From Stegostoma tigrinum (Eukaryota), in contig NC_081365.1 in the NCBI RefSeq assembly GCF_030684315.1, positions 32,019,394-32,083,393 on the forward strand: 64,000 bases of DNA, read 5' to 3'. The notes under the pieces were generated by a model, which saw nothing but the letters and a program-made list of their open reading frames with translations, was not told the origin of the DNA and made no database searches. Both the position numbers and the translations under genes were made by a program. Shown here piece after piece: positions 63,240 through 64,000 of the stretch. How positions within the stretch are numbered: the stretch's first letter is position 1; each line of letters begins with the position of its first letter.

Positions 63240-64000
63240 GGAGTTCCTGTTGTGCTCTGAAGCCTTCTCAACACAGCCCATAAAATCTTAAAGTTTAGCA
63301 TTGCATTCATTCATGTCCATCATAAGGTTTCTCCTACCAAAGTGGACAACCATATATTTACCACATAGCCCACTTAACTCTGCCCACATCCTCCTGAAGC
63401 TACTTTATATCTTCATCACAACAGACATTGTGATTTAATTTAGTATAGCCTGAAATTTTGGAAATACTATTTGGTCCCCTTATCTATTTTTGTTTTATAT
63501 TCAGATATGCTTTCATGCACAATTGCAATTTTTCGCTGTACTTTTCATCCATTATCTATGACCTTTAAATTACCTGCACTTTCCATGGATCAATTTCCAC
63601 ACAAAGTCTGAGAAAGGCAATTGGATCCCACATCGAAATCATTGATAAACATTGTGAACTTCTGGGTCAAAATATTGATCATTGTGGTGTCTCAATCCAA
63701 AAAGCTTGCCAACGCAGGAATCACCAATTACTTCCAACTTTGTGTTTTCTGTCTGTTGGCAAATCATTAATCCATGCCTGTCCATTACCTCCCATACCAT
63801 GTGCTTTAATTTTTCTAACCAGCCTCCAGTGGTGGACTTTATCAAAATCATTCTGAAAATGTAAGTATATCATATCCATCAAATACCCTATATCAATTTT
63901 GTTAGTACCACCTCCAAAAGCTGCAACATGCTCATCAAAACATGATTTCCTAGTCACAAGTCATACTGACTATTCCAAATCGAGTTATTGTTAACCAGGT
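63240..64000 (-). mobile_element. Old CR1 RT fragment
   Basis: Minus ORF MDMIYLHFQNDFDKVHHWRLVRKIKAHGMGG. Confidence 0.8.

Overview
Repeat-rich vertebrate genomic DNA, almost certainly from a cartilaginous fish (shark). This is inferred from the HE1/V-SINE-type tRNA SINEs, SacSINE/DeuSINE-like elements, abundant CR1 LINEs and Penelope-derived palindromes. There is one assembly gap (8688-8954). Only one convincing protein-coding gene can be assembled by eye: a + strand, five-exon immunoglobulin-superfamily receptor at 22477-28099 (leader, V, C1, TM, cytoplasmic tail; all introns phase 1, GT-AG; 978 nt, 325 aa). Its V exon already includes the J-like G strand, so it is non-rearranging. It has CD28/CTLA-4-family hallmarks (an IPPP FG loop and an extra C'-D cysteine pair) but is followed by an antigen-receptor/MHC-type C1 domain. 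It lacks the canonical B-strand Cys, and its tail carries YxN and ITIM-like tyrosines. The rest of the window is transposon debris: CR1, RTE, Penelope, a decayed Ty3/Gypsy gag-protease, a decayed PIF/Harbinger transposase and SINEs. Two repeat systems stand out. (i) A 2.8-kb ORF1-less LINE begins with a tRNA-derived Pol III head and a Deu-like domain, and a short SINE in the same window looks like its internal-deletion derivative. (ii) Several Penelope-derived hairpin elements carry minimal hammerhead-ribozyme cores and 11-15 bp target-site duplications, one of them a perfect 93-bp palindrome. All family assignments come from motif recognition, not database searches. Boundaries of decayed repeats are approximate.
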